From: Lama glama
Taxonomy: Eukaryota
NCBI GenBank assembly: GCA_028534125.1
Contig: CM052816.1
Location: forward strand, 80,912,001 to 80,976,000
DNA length: 64,000 bases
Direction of reading: 5' to 3'
The translations under genes were made by a program, and so were the position numbers. Position 1 is the first letter of the stretch; each line of letters begins with the position of its first letter. The notes under the pieces were generated by a model. It made no database searches and was not told the origin of the DNA. It was given only the letters and a program-made list of their open reading frames with translations. Below, piece after piece: positions 62,615 to 64,000 of the stretch.

Positions 62615-63055
62615 CACACATATATATATATATACGTATATATTTACAATGAAATACTACTCAGCCATAAAAAAGAATGAAATAATGCCATTTGCAGCAA
62701 CATGGATGGATCTAGAAATTATCATACTAAGTGAAGTAACTCAGACAGAGAAAGAAAAACATCATACAATATCACAGACTCACAGACATGGAAAACAAAC
62801 ATCATTATCAAAGGGAAATGGGTGGGGAGGAATAAGTTAGGAGTCTGGGTTAGCAGTTACAAATTACTATATATAAAATACATAAACAACAAGGTCCTAC
62901 TGTATAGCACAGGGAACTATATTCAATAGCTTGTAGTAACCTATAACAAAAAAGGATATAAAAAAATGAATATATTTATATGTATAACTGAATCACTATG
63001 CTATACATCAAAAACTAACTCAATGTTGTAAATCAACTATATTTCAAATTAAATC
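61625..63055 (+). mobile_element. Younger 5'-truncated L1 (ORF2 C-terminus + 3' UTR), cetartiodactyl type
   Basis: ORF 61805-62068 ...[41 protein letters not shown]. 3' UTR aaggtcctactgtatagcacagggaactatattcaa. TSD cactctacttagc (61612-61624) / cactgtactcagc (63063-63075). Confidence 0.93.
62559..62643 (+). repeat. Compound (TG)n/(TA)n microsatellite inside the L1
   Basis: Directly visible dinucleotide runs. Confidence 0.95.
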
Positions 63056-64000
63056 AATCAATCACTGTACTCAGCAATAGCACTCTTTTCAATTATACCC
63101 TAGAACATTTACTAAGATAGGCCATATTCTGGGCCATAAAACCAAGTCTCAAATTCAGAAAGATTCAAGTCATATAAACTATATTCTCTGACTGCGGTGG
63201 AAATAAATTAGAAATCAATGAAAGAAATAGATCTGGAAAAATCTCTAGATAGAAAAAAATTAAACCTAAATAACACTATTATTTGACCCATGGGTCAAAG
63301 AAGAAACCAAAATGGAAATTAGATAATATTTTGAATTGAATGAAAATTAAAAACACAATTATGGAATGTTGCTAAAGCATCTAATAGAGGAGAATTTATA
63401 GCATTAACTGCCTATTGTTGAAAATAAGAAAGGTTTCAAATCAGTAACCTCAGCTTCCACCTTAAACCAGCTAAAAAGTAAACTAAAACTAAACCGAAGG
63501 AAGGAAATAATAAATATTATAATGAAAATGAATTAAAAGAAAAGCAATAGAGAATATCAGTGAAACCAATAACTGATTCTGTAAGAAGACCAATAAAATT
63601 AATAAAACTCTAGCCTGACTGACCAGGAAAGAAGAAAGAAGACATCAATTGCTCATTTGAAAAGTGAGAAGTGGTATCATTATAGATTCAGACTCTACAG
63701 ACATTAAAAATATAAGGGGATATTATGAACTTTATGTCAATGATTTCTACAACATAGACGAAAGAGATAAATTACTTGGGAGTACGAACAACCAAAACTC
63801 AATCAAGAAAAAAGCAGATAATTCAAATAGCCCTGTCTAGTAAGGAACTGAATTTGTAGTTAAACTTTCCAATAAACAAAACTCCAGGCCCAATTCCTCA
63901 CTGGAGAACTCGACTAAACTTTAGTGGAAGAAATATCAATTCCACTCAAATTCTCCCAAAAACATTAAGAGAAGGGACTATTTTATAAATCATTCTATGA

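Larger units (their letters stand above)
59365..64000 (+). mobile_element. Old long L1 (5' region, ORF1, ORF2 EN onward), interrupted by a younger L1 at 61625-63055; runs off the window
   Basis: ORF1 text (aactataacccatagatccaagaagctc...cacatcatgatcaaattgcttaaaacc). EN text stops at 61624 and resumes at 63063 (...aagataggccatattctgggccataaaac). Confidence 0.88.

Overview
AT-rich, CpG-depleted placental-mammal genomic DNA that looks intergenic or deep-intronic. The 3' UTRs of the youngest L1 copies and the lack of Alu, B1, Bov-tA, PRE-1 or SINEC elements point to a cetartiodactyl, most likely a camelid (inference). Roughly half of the window is decayed interspersed repeats: L1 of several ages (some nested, with recognisable target-site duplications), L2, MIR, CR1/L3, MaLR/ERV-L LTRs, two ERV-L internal remnants (gag; integrase-dUTPase) and a MER5-type hAT MITE. 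I cannot support any intact protein-coding gene, RNA gene or CRISPR array. The listed ORFs are repeat remnants or chance ORFs. The most anomalous stretch is about 200 bp at ~58200-58410: ~24% GC yet CpG-undepleted, with an IHF-like motif. It reads more like prokaryotic leader/promoter DNA than mammalian DNA. Several isolated cassettes with strong splice sites, including a 13-nt minus-strand micro-exon candidate, lie in the repeat-free blocks. Repeat boundaries and family names come from visual recognition and are approximate.
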